A DNA stretch of 39,140 nt from positions 1 through 39,140 of the forward strand of contig JBGQGY010000020.1 of the NCBI GenBank assembly GCA_041497675.1, given 5' to 3'. The stretch comes from a bacterium. Lineage in GTDB: Bacteria > Sysuimicrobiota > Sysuimicrobiia > Sysuimicrobiales > Humicultoraceae. Shown in pieces: positions 23,137 to 31,991 of this stretch; the stretch's first letter is position 1; each line of letters begins with the position of its first letter. The notes below the pieces were generated by a model. It did not search any database and was not told the DNA's origin. It saw only the letters and a program-made list of their open reading frames with translations. The position numbers and the translations under genes were made by a program.

Positions 23137-23590
23137 CCGCCTGCGGCTGCTCCAGTTCGCGCTTGAGCGACTGCGCGAACGCGGCCATGATCTCTCCCGC
23201 TTTGCGCGCAATCATGCTGTGCCCCAAGACGGCCAGCCGGCCCGTCACGGCCACATTCGAGTGCACGCGCAGCACCGTCTGGTTGCCGGCGGGACTGATG
23301 GCCAGATCGAGCTGCATCTGCAGGCCGCTGCCCATACCGGCGTCGCGCCCGCTCGCCCTGGCGCGCAGCCGGACAGGCGCCGACGCTTCCACGACCTCGA
23401 TGTCGAGCGGAATCTGGACCTTGAACGGCCCAACGCGCTCAACAACCAGCGCCTCATACCGCTGTCCGGCGATGACCGTGCGCGTCGACTGGCAGCCGGG
23501 AATGCAGCGCGCCATCCGCTCAATGTCCCAGAGAAACGCCCACACGTACTCAGGCGATGCCGAGACGGTGATGTCTTGATCAAACTCCAT
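23120..23590 (-). CDS. coxG: CoxG/SRPBCC-domain protein
   Basis: MEFDQDITV...VWAFLWD...ARCIPGC...VGPFK...GRLAVLG. Start at ATG 23590; the track ORF is over-extended. Confidence 0.82.
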   Translation of the reverse strand: MEFDQDITVSASPEYVWAFLWDIERMARCIPGCQSTRTVIAGQRYEALVVERVGPFKVQIPLDIEVVEASAPVRLRARASGRDAGMGSGLQMQLDLAISPAGNQTVLRVHSNVAVTGRLAVLGHSMIARKAGEIMAAFAQSLKRELEQPQADAPTL

Positions 23591-23604
23591 GCGTGATCGA
23601 ACCC

Positions 23605-25392
23605 CTACCAGGCCATCGCGTAGTTCCGCTCGCCGCGCGAACTCGCTCCCCCTTCGATCACACCCCGCCCGCCGTGGTACGCGACCGCCGTGGTGAAGTT
23701 GAGTGACCATCCGGCGACGGTCCGCACAACGTGGCCGCGGGCCGCCAGATCGTCCCGCACCGCGGCGGGGACGCGCGCTTCGACGACGATCTCCCCGGGG
23801 CTCGGCCGGCGCGGATAGAACGAACTCGGGAAGTGGTTCGTGTGGAACGAAGGGGCATCGATCGCGTCCTGGAGATCCATCCCGAAGTCGATGACGTTCA
23901 GGAAGAATTGCAGCGTCCATTGGTCCTGCTGGTCGCCGCCCGGCGTGCCAAACACCATGTACGGTGCGCCGTCCTTCATCACCAGCGACGGTGTGAGCGT
24001 GGTGCGCGGGCGCTTGCGCGGGCGTAGCGCGGCGGGGTGGTCCGGATCGTCCAGCCGGAACATCTGGCCACGCGTGCTCAGACAGAACCCCAGTCCGGGG
24101 ATGATCGGCGACGAGCGGAACCACGCGCCACTCGGCGTCGCGGAAAACATGTTGCCCTCCTCGTCGACCGCGCGTGTCCCGGTCGTTCCCGTGTCCCAGG
24201 CCCCACCGCTGACTTCCGCGAGATCGGGTTCGCGCGCTTCATCTTGGTACGGATAGGGATTCCCAGGTCGCTGCTCGAGCGAGGCCTTGTCTCGGTCGAT
24301 GAGTCCACGACGCGCCGCCGCATAGGCTTTCGAAAGCAGACCGGCCAGCGGGACGCGGGCAAACTCGGGATCGCCATAGTATCGGTCGCGGTCGGCAAAC
24401 GCGAGCTTGGCAGTCTCCGTGACCACGTGGATATAGTCGGCAGAATTGAGCCCCAAGGCGTTGAGGTCATAGCCTTCCAAGATATTCAACTGCTGCAGGA
24501 ACACCGGCCCCTGCGTCCATGGCCCGCACTTGCAGACATCATATCCCCGGTAATGGACGGAGACCGGAGCTTCGATCTGTGTTTCAAACTCGGCGAAGTC
24601 CTCTTCGGTCAGCAGCCCGGACGACTCGAAGCCATTGGCGTCTCTCACCCGCGTCTCGCGTTGGAACGCCACGATCTCGTGTGTGATATCTCCCTTGTAG
24701 AAGCGGTCGCGGGCGGCGCGCAGAGCCGCGTGTCGGCCGCGCGCCTTCGCGTTGTGCTCGGCCTCGACCAGCCGCTCGAACGTGCGGGCCAGATCGGGAT
24801 TCCGCCAGACGTCTCCCAACGCGGGAACGTCGCCGCCGGGGAGCAGCAGCGCCGCAGACGACGGCCACTCGGCGCGAAACCGGGCCGCGTGGAGTACGAT
24901 CTGGTTGCGCATCGTTTCGTAGATTGGAAACCCGCCGGCAGCCAGCTCAATCGCGGGGCCCAGCACGACCTTGAGGGAGAGACGCCCATAGCGGTCGAGG
25001 GCGGTGATGAGGGCGTCGGCGACCGCGCACACACCCGCCGGCAGGAAGCCGTCGTCGGGGATCAACTCGATCCCACGCTCCCGAAACCACTCGATCGTGG
25101 CGGCCCGCGGCGCCCGCATGTTGCCGTTGATCGCCACGACCCGGCGGTCGCGCGCCGAATAGATGAGGATCGGGACTTCGCCCCCAAACCCGTAACTTTG
25201 GGATTCGAGCACGGCCTGGCAGAAGGCCATCGCCACCCCGGCGTCGATGGCGTTGCCTCCGTGATCACGCATCCGCATGCCGGCAAGGGCCGCCAGATAG
25301 TGCCCGCAGGAGACCACCAGGTGTCGCCCCCGCACGACCGGCCGGGTCGAACTGCCTTCCATCTCGAGCCCGTGCTGCTCTCCCTGCCGCAT
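23605..25392 (-). CDS. ggt: Gamma-glutamyltransferase family Ntn-hydrolase (cytoplasmic)
   Basis: GGNAIDA, GFGGEVP, WTQGP, KLAFADRD.YYGD, processing site G/TTG.RAVD..GN..SATPS, KRPRTTLTP, FGTPGGDQQDQW; SD GGAGG before ATG 25392. Substrate is not determinable. Confidence 0.9.
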   Translation of the reverse strand: MRQGEQHGLEMEGSSTRPVVRGRHLVVSCGHYLAALAGMRMRDHGGNAIDAGVAMAFCQAVLESQSYGFGGEVPILIYSARDRRVVAINGNMRAPRAATIEWFRERGIELIPDDGFLPAGVCAVADALITALDRYGRLSLKVVLGPAIELAAGGFPIYETMRNQIVLHAARFRAEWPSSAALLLPGGDVPALGDVWRNPDLARTFERLVEAEHNAKARGRHAALRAARDRFYKGDITHEIVAFQRETRVRDANGFESSGLLTEEDFAEFETQIEAPVSVHYRGYDVCKCGPWTQGPVFLQQLNILEGYDLNALGLNSADYIHVVTETAKLAFADRDRYYGDPEFARVPLAGLLSKAYAAARRGLIDRDKASLEQRPGNPYPYQDEAREPDLAEVSGGAWDTGTTGTRAVDEEGNMFSATPSGAWFRSSPIIPGLGFCLSTRGQMFRLDDPDHPAALRPRKRPRTTLTPSLVMKDGAPYMVFGTPGGDQQDQWTLQFFLNVIDFGMDLQDAIDAPSFHTNHFPSSFYPRRPSPGEIVVEARVPAAVRDDLAARGHVVRTVAGWSLNFTTAVAYHGGRGVIEGGASSRGERNYAMAW

Positions 25393-25422
25393 CAGTTCCG
25401 GCCTCCGTCGTCCAGATCTCAC

Positions 25423-25442
25423 GTCATATATGACCGTCATAT
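25423..25442. promoter_or_regulatory. Putative transcription-factor operator (nested palindromes)
   Basis: GTCATATATGAC (25423-25434) is a perfect 12-bp palindrome overlapping ATATGAC-c-GTCATAT (25428-25442); an AT-rich patch in the divergent ggt/ligase gap. Confidence 0.6.
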
Positions 25443-25536
25443 CTTCGACGCCGCAGCCGTTCCACCCCGTCCCGCCGGGTGCCGCCGGCGGCTTCAGAGG
25501 AGGCGAGGTAGGCCGCGCGGAACGGATTATCCGCCG

Positions 25537-26358
25537 GTGAATATTGCGCAGCACGTCGAACGGGCGGCGAGATGGCTCCCCGCGCACCCCGCGATCATCT
25601 TCGAGGGCTTCGGTGTGCCCACCGTCTTCATCGCGCTCCTCAATATGGATCTTTCCGGCCACGACCTGTCGTCGATCCGATATGAGTTCTCTGCGGCGGC
25701 CACCATGCCGCAGGAGATCTCGCGTCGCTGGGCGGAGCGGTTCGGGCGCCCAGTCTACGAGGGCTACGGTCTCACCGAGTGCTCGCCGTTCGCCTGTTAC
25801 AATCACGACTTCCGTCACAAGATCGGAAGCATCGGCACCGCCGTCGAGAACACCGAGCTGAGAATCGTCGATCCCGATGACCGGCCCGTGCCTCCAGGCG
25901 AGTGGGGCGAAATCGCCATCCGCGGCCCCGGCGTCATGAAGGGGTATTGGAACAAACCTGACGACACCGCCGAGGCCCTGCGTGGCGGGTGGCTCCATTC
26001 CGGTGACATCGGCACCATGGACGATGAAGGATACATCTTCATCGTGGATCGTTTGAAGGATATGATCAACGTCGCCGGCTTCAAAGTGTGGCCCGCCGAA
26101 GTCGAGCAGGTGTTGTACCGGCATCCGGCGATCCAGGAGATTGCGGTCTACGGCGCGCCCGATCCCCTCAAGGGAGAATCGGTGAGGGCGGCGATTATCC
26201 TCAAACAGGGCGTCAGCGCGACGGCCGACGAGATCCAGGTGTACTGTCGCGAGCGCATGGCCGCCTACAAGGTGCCCGCGGCGATCGACATCGTCCGCGA
26301 GCTGCCGAAGAGCGCTACCGGAAAGATCCTCAAGCGGGTTCTGAGAGCGCAGCCGTGA
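25537..26358 (+). pseudogene. Acyl-CoA synthetase (AMP-binding) with a large in-frame internal deletion
   Basis: 24 N-terminal residues (..PAIIFEG) are joined directly to FGVPT. It retains YEGYGLTE, GEIAIRGP, GWLHSGD, DRLKDMI and PKSATGK but has no YTSGTTGxPKG loop; only 273 aa. Confidence 0.8.
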
Positions 26359-26374
26359 GCCGTCGCAGTAGCGG

Positions 26375-27085
26375 TTAGCTTCTGCGGCTGCGCCGCACCA
26401 GGTACGCCCACGCCTGACCGACGAGTTCGGGCGAGTAGCAGTGCCCTCGCTTAGCCAGGGCTTCTTCATCACTCGACCAGGTCTTGAGCTCGCCGGCGGC
26501 CATCGCCAGCAACTGCTTCGCGCAGGCGCGCTCGAGCAGGATCGCCCCTAGCACCGCCGTTTCGATATCCTCCCCCGCCGTCACAATGCCGTGGTGGATC
26601 ATCAGCGCCGCGTTACGCTGTCCCACCGCTGCCGCCAGCGCCTGACCGAGCGGTTGCGTCAGGATGAGATCACCGGTCTGCGTGAAGCGCGCGATGTCGG
26701 GGGGAACGAAGAACGTCCCTTCGTGTGAGATCGGACGGAGCGGCTGATCGAGCGCCGCGAATGCGACGGCGTGCGGCGCGTGCGTGTGGACGACGGACAC
26801 GACGTCCGGCCGCGCCTGCATGATCTCGGTGTGAATCGGGTACTCCGCGTGACGCCTGCCGTCGCCGGCGAGGACCTGTCCGTCCCACCCCACGAGGAGC
26901 ACTCGCTCCGGTGTGATCTCCTCGAACCCCCACGTGGAGGCCTTCATCCAGACGCCGCGTCCCTGCGGGTCGCGCAGGGATACGTGCCCCCATATCATGT
27001 CGCCGTGGTCCTCGTGGGCGAGTACCTGCGATGCGGTCGCTACCAACTCGCGGATATCGTCAGCCACTTCTTCCCGTGGGTTCAT
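26375..27085 (-). CDS. Class II aldolase/adducin family protein
   Basis: WGHVSLR, E..IH.EI...RPDV.SVVHTH, ALM.HHG (Zn-binding His set). Start is ATG 27085 or GTG 27067. Confidence 0.9.
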   Translation of the reverse strand: MNPREEVADDIRELVATASQVLAHEDHGDMIWGHVSLRDPQGRGVWMKASTWGFEEITPERVLLVGWDGQVLAGDGRRHAEYPIHTEIMQARPDVVSVVHTHAPHAVAFAALDQPLRPISHEGTFFVPPDIARFTQTGDLILTQPLGQALAAAVGQRNAALMIHHGIVTAGEDIETAVLGAILLERACAKQLLAMAAGELKTWSSDEEALAKRGHCYSPELVGQAWAYLVRRSRRS

Positions 27086-28283
27086 CGGCGTGTGCGGGGC
27101 GCCGATAGAACGCGTCCTCCATGCGGCTGTCACCGCCTTCCGCACGCAATGCCGGCTCCCACTCCTTTCGGATGTGCGGATCCTCGTCCCAGTAGGGAAC
27201 GGCGTTCCCGCCTTCCTCCAGGTGCATCGCGTTCTTGTCCAACACCTGCTCGCCCGGCCGGCCGGGTTCGCGGCCGGTCCCCCGCCCAAAGGGACCAAAC
27301 CACGCCATCAGGCGAAGCGGTCCCTGGCTGACCCCAAAGTGCTGGTGGAACCATTGACCACCCATCGGTGCCGCGCTCACCATCCCCACAGGTTCGTAGT
27401 CCTGGCGCACGATACGCTCGGCCTGTCCCGTCGCCCAGGGCCGGGGACCCACCTCGCGCGGCCACGCATACGTGTAGCCCTTGCCCCTGATACAGATCAA
27501 CACCGCCGCGGACCCATGCGCATGCGCCTTCGAATACCGACCGCTCTCGTGCTGGCCGATCCACAGATAGAAGACATTCTTGTCGAGCCCCGGTTCCAGC
27601 CGTCGAAAGCCCGGTGAGCGGCGGTTGTCCAGGGGCAGCGGACAGTTGACCGCATCGGGGACGATGTTCGTGCGCACCATCGCGAGGCCGCGGTGCGGGT
27701 CGGGTTCGATATCCTGAAGATTGGCCTTGAAGTAGCCTTCACGGCCATCATAGCGATCGCGAAACGCGTATGGACAGTTGAAGACGAAGTCTGCGGTGCC
27801 AAAGAGATTCATCACCGCCGGAGCCGTCGTGCCGACGAGCAGCAGCGCGGGCCCGGATGACATCGAGTTGATCAGCCTGTGATGCGTGTTGATCGGGATC
27901 GTAAACAACGATCCGGGCTGCCACTCAAACACGTCGCGGCCGTCACCGTCCTCCGACCAGACCTCCGCGGCGCCTCGCCCCTCGACGACAAAGATGACCT
28001 CTTCGTACAAGTGACGCTCGGGATTCAGCGCGTGCGCGGGAGGAATCTCGACGACATAGCCCCCCCAGATGCCTTCGGTTCCGTACAGCTGGATGAACGT
28101 CCCCCGGCCGCCCAGCCGCCGCCACGCGCCCATGGGGAGATCTTGCACCCTGCGCACCCCGACGCCCCGATAAACCGGAATTCCCTCCGACTCCATAAAC
28201 ACGTCGTAGGGCGCGGGTGGGCGCTTCCACTTGCCGTATCCGGCGCGATCGTACCCGGACGGCTCACGCCACTGTTTGGCCAT
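27060..28283 (-). CDS. Bicupin protein (gentisate dioxygenase-like architecture), paralogue B
   Basis: Domain 1 ERHLYEE...IPINTHH; domain 2 KAHAH...WFHQHF; SD GGAGG before ATG 28283. Confidence 0.85.
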   Translation of the reverse strand: MAKQWREPSGYDRAGYGKWKRPPAPYDVFMESEGIPVYRGVGVRRVQDLPMGAWRRLGGRGTFIQLYGTEGIWGGYVVEIPPAHALNPERHLYEEVIFVVEGRGAAEVWSEDGDGRDVFEWQPGSLFTIPINTHHRLINSMSSGPALLLVGTTAPAVMNLFGTADFVFNCPYAFRDRYDGREGYFKANLQDIEPDPHRGLAMVRTNIVPDAVNCPLPLDNRRSPGFRRLEPGLDKNVFYLWIGQHESGRYSKAHAHGSAAVLICIRGKGYTYAWPREVGPRPWATGQAERIVRQDYEPVGMVSAAPMGGQWFHQHFGVSQGPLRLMAWFGPFGRGTGREPGRPGEQVLDKNAMHLEEGGNAVPYWDEDPHIRKEWEPALRAEGGDSRMEDAFYRRPAHADEPTGRSG

Positions 28284-28362
28284 CAGAACCTCCAGAGAAC
28301 CCCGTCGGCGATTGGGGTGTGCAGCAATCTGACGAACAACAGATCGACCTGCATGCCGCATC

Positions 28363-29181
28363 TCACCTCCGTCGCGCGCTCGTAGGATCGTACGCCGTCA
28401 CGTGCGGGCCATCGATCGAGATCTTCCCCGCCGAGTAGCCGCCGTCGACGTATATCGCCTGCCCGGTCAGGAACCGCGCCCGCTCGGAGGCGACAAAGAG
28501 CACCATATCGGCGATCTCCTGCGGGTCGGCGAGCCGGCCCAGCGGCACCTCGCGGACGAATCGTTCCGTGTACTCTGCTGTCGGATAGGACTTCGAGAGC
28601 TTGCGGACGTCCGTCAACCCTGGCGCCACGACATTGACCGTGATTTTGTGTGGCCCCAGTTCGAGCGCCAGCACCTTGGTCAACTGGACGACGGCCGCCT
28701 TCGAAGCGCAATGGGGTGCCGCGCGTACCCGGGCGACCGCTCCGGCAGTGGAGCCGAAGTTGATGATGCGCCCGCCGCGGCCCTGCGCGATCATCTGCCG
28801 GCCAGCGGCGCGGCACGTCAGAAAGACCGCCCGGAATTGCGTGTCGACCTGGAAGTCCCACTCGTCGTCGGTCATCTCGACGACGGTTTTGTGCACGCCC
28901 ACACCGGCGCAATTCACCAGGATATCCAAACCGCCGTAGGCCGCAACCGTCTGCTCAACCAACCGGTTGACCGATGCGCTGTCGGTGACGTCAGTACGGA
29001 TGAACATCGCCTCGCCACCCTCGCTTCGCAACTGCGTGGCGACCTGCTCACCCCACTCCTGGTTGATATCCGCAATCACGCTGCGCGCCCCCGCACGCAC
29101 GAACGACATGAGCGTCACCCGGCAGATTCCCGACGAGGCGCCGGTGACGATCGCGATCTTGCCGTCGAACTCTCCGCTCAT
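28363..29181 (-). CDS. SDR family oxidoreductase, atypical (HxxxK)
   Basis: TGASSGIC, TDV, VNCAG, INFGS, HCASK, VAPG, PLGRL, TGQ.IYVDGG. Confidence 0.9.
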   Translation of the reverse strand: MSGEFDGKIAIVTGASSGICRVTLMSFVRAGARSVIADINQEWGEQVATQLRSEGGEAMFIRTDVTDSASVNRLVEQTVAAYGGLDILVNCAGVGVHKTVVEMTDDEWDFQVDTQFRAVFLTCRAAGRQMIAQGRGGRIINFGSTAGAVARVRAAPHCASKAAVVQLTKVLALELGPHKITVNVVAPGLTDVRKLSKSYPTAEYTERFVREVPLGRLADPQEIADMVLFVASERARFLTGQAIYVDGGYSAGKISIDGPHVTAYDPTSARRR

Positions 29182-29253
29182 CCTATGCTCTCCCTTCGTG
29201 AGATGTCCATTCGGCGGGTGGGGCCGCCGGTCGTTCGCGCCGAACCACGTCTT

Positions 29254-30063
29254 CTACACCGCAGGCCGGAAGACCGAGGTTTCACCCGTGACCCCCAACT
29301 TCCCCGCGCCGTACCCGCCGTCCACGTAGACGACCTGGCCGGTGACGTACCGCGCGCGATCCGAAGCGAAGAACAGCACAGCGTGGACCATCTCCTCGTA
29401 GCGCCCGAGGCGTCCCATCGGGACCTCCCGCAGGAAGTTGCGCGTGTATTCCTCCGACGTCGGGCCCTTCCGTGAGGGACCCTCGACGTCGGTCAGTCCA
29501 GGCGCCATCACATTCGCCGTGATATGATGCTTGGCTAGCTCCATCGCGAGCACGCGTGTCAGCATCACGACGCCCATCTTGGACACGGTGTGCGCGGCCG
29601 ACCCTACCCGCGGGACCAACCCGCCGGTGGACCCGATGTTGATGAGGCGGCCGCCGCGCCCCTGCCGTATCATGCGGCGCGCGCCCTCACGGCAGATCAG
29701 AAAGGCGCCCTTCAGCACCACGTCGAGCTTCTCGACCCACTCGTCCTCAGAAGTCTCTGCCACCTCGTTCTTCACCCGGATGTCGGCGCCGTGGATGACG
29801 ATATCGACCCCGCCAAAAGCGGTCTCTGCCTGGTCGAACAACCGAGTCACCTGTGCGGCGTCGGCGACGTTGGTTCGGACAAACCGCACTTGGTGTCCGG
29901 ACGTCTGCAGGTCGCGGACCGCAGCCGCCCCATACTCATCGTCCACGTCGGCAATGACGCCGCGGGCTCCTCGTTCGACGAACGCGGTCAGGATCGCACG
30001 GCAGATCCCAGACGCGCCGCCGGTGACAATCACAACCTTACCATCGTACTCGTGATCTCGCAT
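29254..30063 (-). CDS. SDR family oxidoreductase, atypical (HxxxK)
   Basis: TGGASGIC, IHGAD, INIGS, HTVSK, MAPGLTD, PMGRL, TGQVVYVDGG; SD AGGAG. Confidence 0.9.
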   Translation of the reverse strand: MRDHEYDGKVVIVTGGASGICRAILTAFVERGARGVIADVDDEYGAAAVRDLQTSGHQVRFVRTNVADAAQVTRLFDQAETAFGGVDIVIHGADIRVKNEVAETSEDEWVEKLDVVLKGAFLICREGARRMIRQGRGGRLINIGSTGGLVPRVGSAAHTVSKMGVVMLTRVLAMELAKHHITANVMAPGLTDVEGPSRKGPTSEEYTRNFLREVPMGRLGRYEEMVHAVLFFASDRARYVTGQVVYVDGGYGAGKLGVTGETSVFRPAV

Positions 30064-30077
30064 CGCATCACTCCTTG

Positions 30078-30923
30078 TCAGGTGTCTCTGAGTCGAGGGT
30101 CTAGCAGGTCCCGCAGGAAGTCACCGACGACGTTGACCGACAGCACCGTGAGAAAGATTGCCGCACCCGGCAGCGTGGAAACCCACCACGATGTCATGAT
30201 CCAGTTGCGGCCATCTGCCACCATACCGCCCCAGGTGGCCGTTGGCGGTTGGACGCCCAACCCCAGATACGAGAGTGAGGCCTCAGCAATGATAAGCCGC
30301 GCAATCTCTAGGGTCGAGATCACGAGCAACGATGACAACACGTTCGGCAGGATGTGACGGAACATGATGCGCGCGCTGCTGCTACCCAACGCCCTCGTAG
30401 CCTCGACGTACTCATTCACTTTGATCGCGAGGACCTCGCTGCGGATCACCCGCCCGTAGATCACCCAGCCGCTGATGCCCAGCACGAAGATCACATTGCG
30501 CAGCCCTGCGCCGAGGACTGCCATCACCGCAATGGCCAAAACCAGGAAGGGGACCGCGAGTTGGATGTCGGCGATTCGCATGAAGAGCGCGTCCAACCGC
30601 CCGCCGTAGTACCCGGACGCCAACCCAAGCACGCATCCCACGCCGGCCTGAACGGTGACGGCAGCGAAGCCGACAATCATCGAGATGCGCGCCCCGTAGA
30701 TGATCCGGCTCAGCATGTCGCGCCCGAGCGCGTCTGTGCCCAGGAGGTAGTCGGGCATCCCGCCCGCCTGCCACGATGGAGGCAGTAGACGGGCCGTCAG
30801 GTCTTGCTCATCCGGGTCGCGCGGCGCGAGGCGCGGCGCGAGCACCGCGCACAGGAGAACTGCGAGTAGCACGCCGGCAGCGAATGGCACCGTCCACTTG
30901 CGACGCGCTGCTCGGACGATCAT
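30078..30923 (-). CDS. Peptide ABC transporter permease (DppC/OppC-like)
   Basis: LGTDALGRD, YVEATRALG, HILPN, EASLSYLGLGVQPP, GDFLRDLLDP. Confidence 0.93.
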   Translation of the reverse strand: MIVRAARRKWTVPFAAGVLLAVLLCAVLAPRLAPRDPDEQDLTARLLPPSWQAGGMPDYLLGTDALGRDMLSRIIYGARISMIVGFAAVTVQAGVGCVLGLASGYYGGRLDALFMRIADIQLAVPFLVLAIAVMAVLGAGLRNVIFVLGISGWVIYGRVIRSEVLAIKVNEYVEATRALGSSSARIMFRHILPNVLSSLLVISTLEIARLIIAEASLSYLGLGVQPPTATWGGMVADGRNWIMTSWWVSTLPGAAIFLTVLSVNVVGDFLRDLLDPRLRDT

Positions 30924-30938
30924 GCGCGGGGACCCCGG

Positions 30939-31862
30939 TTAGCCCGCGTAGCGCACGCGTGGATCGAGGTAGACATACAGCAGATCCACGATCAGGTTGA
31001 CGGCCAGCACGACGATCGCCGCGACGATCACAAACGCCTGGACCACCGGCATGTCACGGTTGCGAATCGCCTGGATGGCCAGCAAGCCCATCCCCGGGTA
31101 CGCAAAGACTGTCTCGGTGATGATGGCACCGCTGAGCAACTGCCCCATTTGTAGGCCGATGACCGTCACGACGGGCAAGGCGGCGTTCTTGAGGCTGTGC
31201 CGGCGGATGACGACCGTCTCCGACAACCCCTTGGCGCGCGCTGTGCGGATGTAGTCGCGGCCGAGCACCTCGATGAGACTTGATCGGAGTAATCGCGCTG
31301 TGATCGATCCTGAGTAGGCCCCGAGGGTAAGCGACGGAAGGATCAGCCGCTCGACCCCGCCCCGGCCGGACGCCGGTAGCCACTGGAGCCAGACCGAGAC
31401 CGTGAGGATCAGTACAATCCCCAGCCAGAACACCGGCATGCTGTTCCCGGCGACGGCCGCGGCGGTCACAAGAGCGTCCTGCGCGCTGCCCCGCTTTACG
31501 GCGGCGATGATGCCAACCGGCACCCCGATTGCCAGAGAGACGAAGAGCGCAGCAAAAGCGAGTTCGAGGGTGGCCGGCACCCGTTCGAGTACCAGGGCCG
31601 CGGCCGGCTGCTGGTGGCGGAAGGAGAAGCCCAGATCGCCGCGTACGGCACGGCCTAGATAGCGTAGGTACTGTTCGTACACTGGGCGGTCGAAACCCAT
31701 CGACCTGCGGAACGCTTCGATCTCTTCCTTGCTGATATCGTCGGCGGGTAGTAGCAGCGCGACCGGGTCACCCGCCAAGAACATCAGGCCGAACACAATC
31801 ACCGACACGCCCAGAATGACCAGAACCGAGTGGAGCAGCCGCTGGAAGAGATACCGACCCAC
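30939..31862 (-). CDS. Peptide ABC transporter permease (DppB/OppB-like)
   Basis: GDP, GDLGFS, PVFWLG, DYIRTARAKGL, TETVF, DPRVRY. GTG 31862 is chosen because the track start runs through the intergenic hairpin. Confidence 0.92.
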   Translation of the reverse strand: MGRYLFQRLLHSVLVILGVSVIVFGLMFLAGDPVALLLPADDISKEEIEAFRRSMGFDRPVYEQYLRYLGRAVRGDLGFSFRHQQPAAALVLERVPATLELAFAALFVSLAIGVPVGIIAAVKRGSAQDALVTAAAVAGNSMPVFWLGIVLILTVSVWLQWLPASGRGGVERLILPSLTLGAYSGSITARLLRSSLIEVLGRDYIRTARAKGLSETVVIRRHSLKNAALPVVTVIGLQMGQLLSGAIITETVFAYPGMGLLAIQAIRNRDMPVVQAFVIVAAIVVLAVNLIVDLLYVYLDPRVRYAG

Positions 31863-31921
31863 GGGCGCGCTAGACCCGTCGCCCGTTCGCTGCCCGGCCG
31901 CACAGGTCGCCAAAAGCGACA

Positions 31922-31954
31922 AGAGGCCAGGGTCCGGTCAAGACCCTGGCCCCC
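31922..31954 (-). terminator. Intergenic stem-loop after the SBP gene (mRNA stabiliser or partial terminator)
   Basis: Minus strand AGGGGCCAGGGTC-ttgaccg-GACCCTGGCCTCT: 13-bp stem with one G-U pair. Confidence 0.55.
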
Positions 31955-31991
31955 TGCGCGTCACGAACACCTCAGGCGCCCGGCGGTCGCC

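Noticed and set aside
24037..26358. 773-aa ORF suggesting a large ligase fusion
   Set aside because: The first ~500 codons are antisense to ggt or intergenic; protein-like sequence starts only at GTG 25537.
23605..26472. 955-aa GGT with long N-terminal extension
   Set aside because: The extension is the antisense of the ligase; an SD-supported ATG lies at 25392.
28290..28360. Possible structured RNA between SDR and cupin (ACCCC/GGGGT, TGCAG/CTGCA stems); similar 6-bp stem at 29212-29229
   Set aside because: Stems of 5-6 bp are expected by chance at this GC content and match no riboswitch I recognise.
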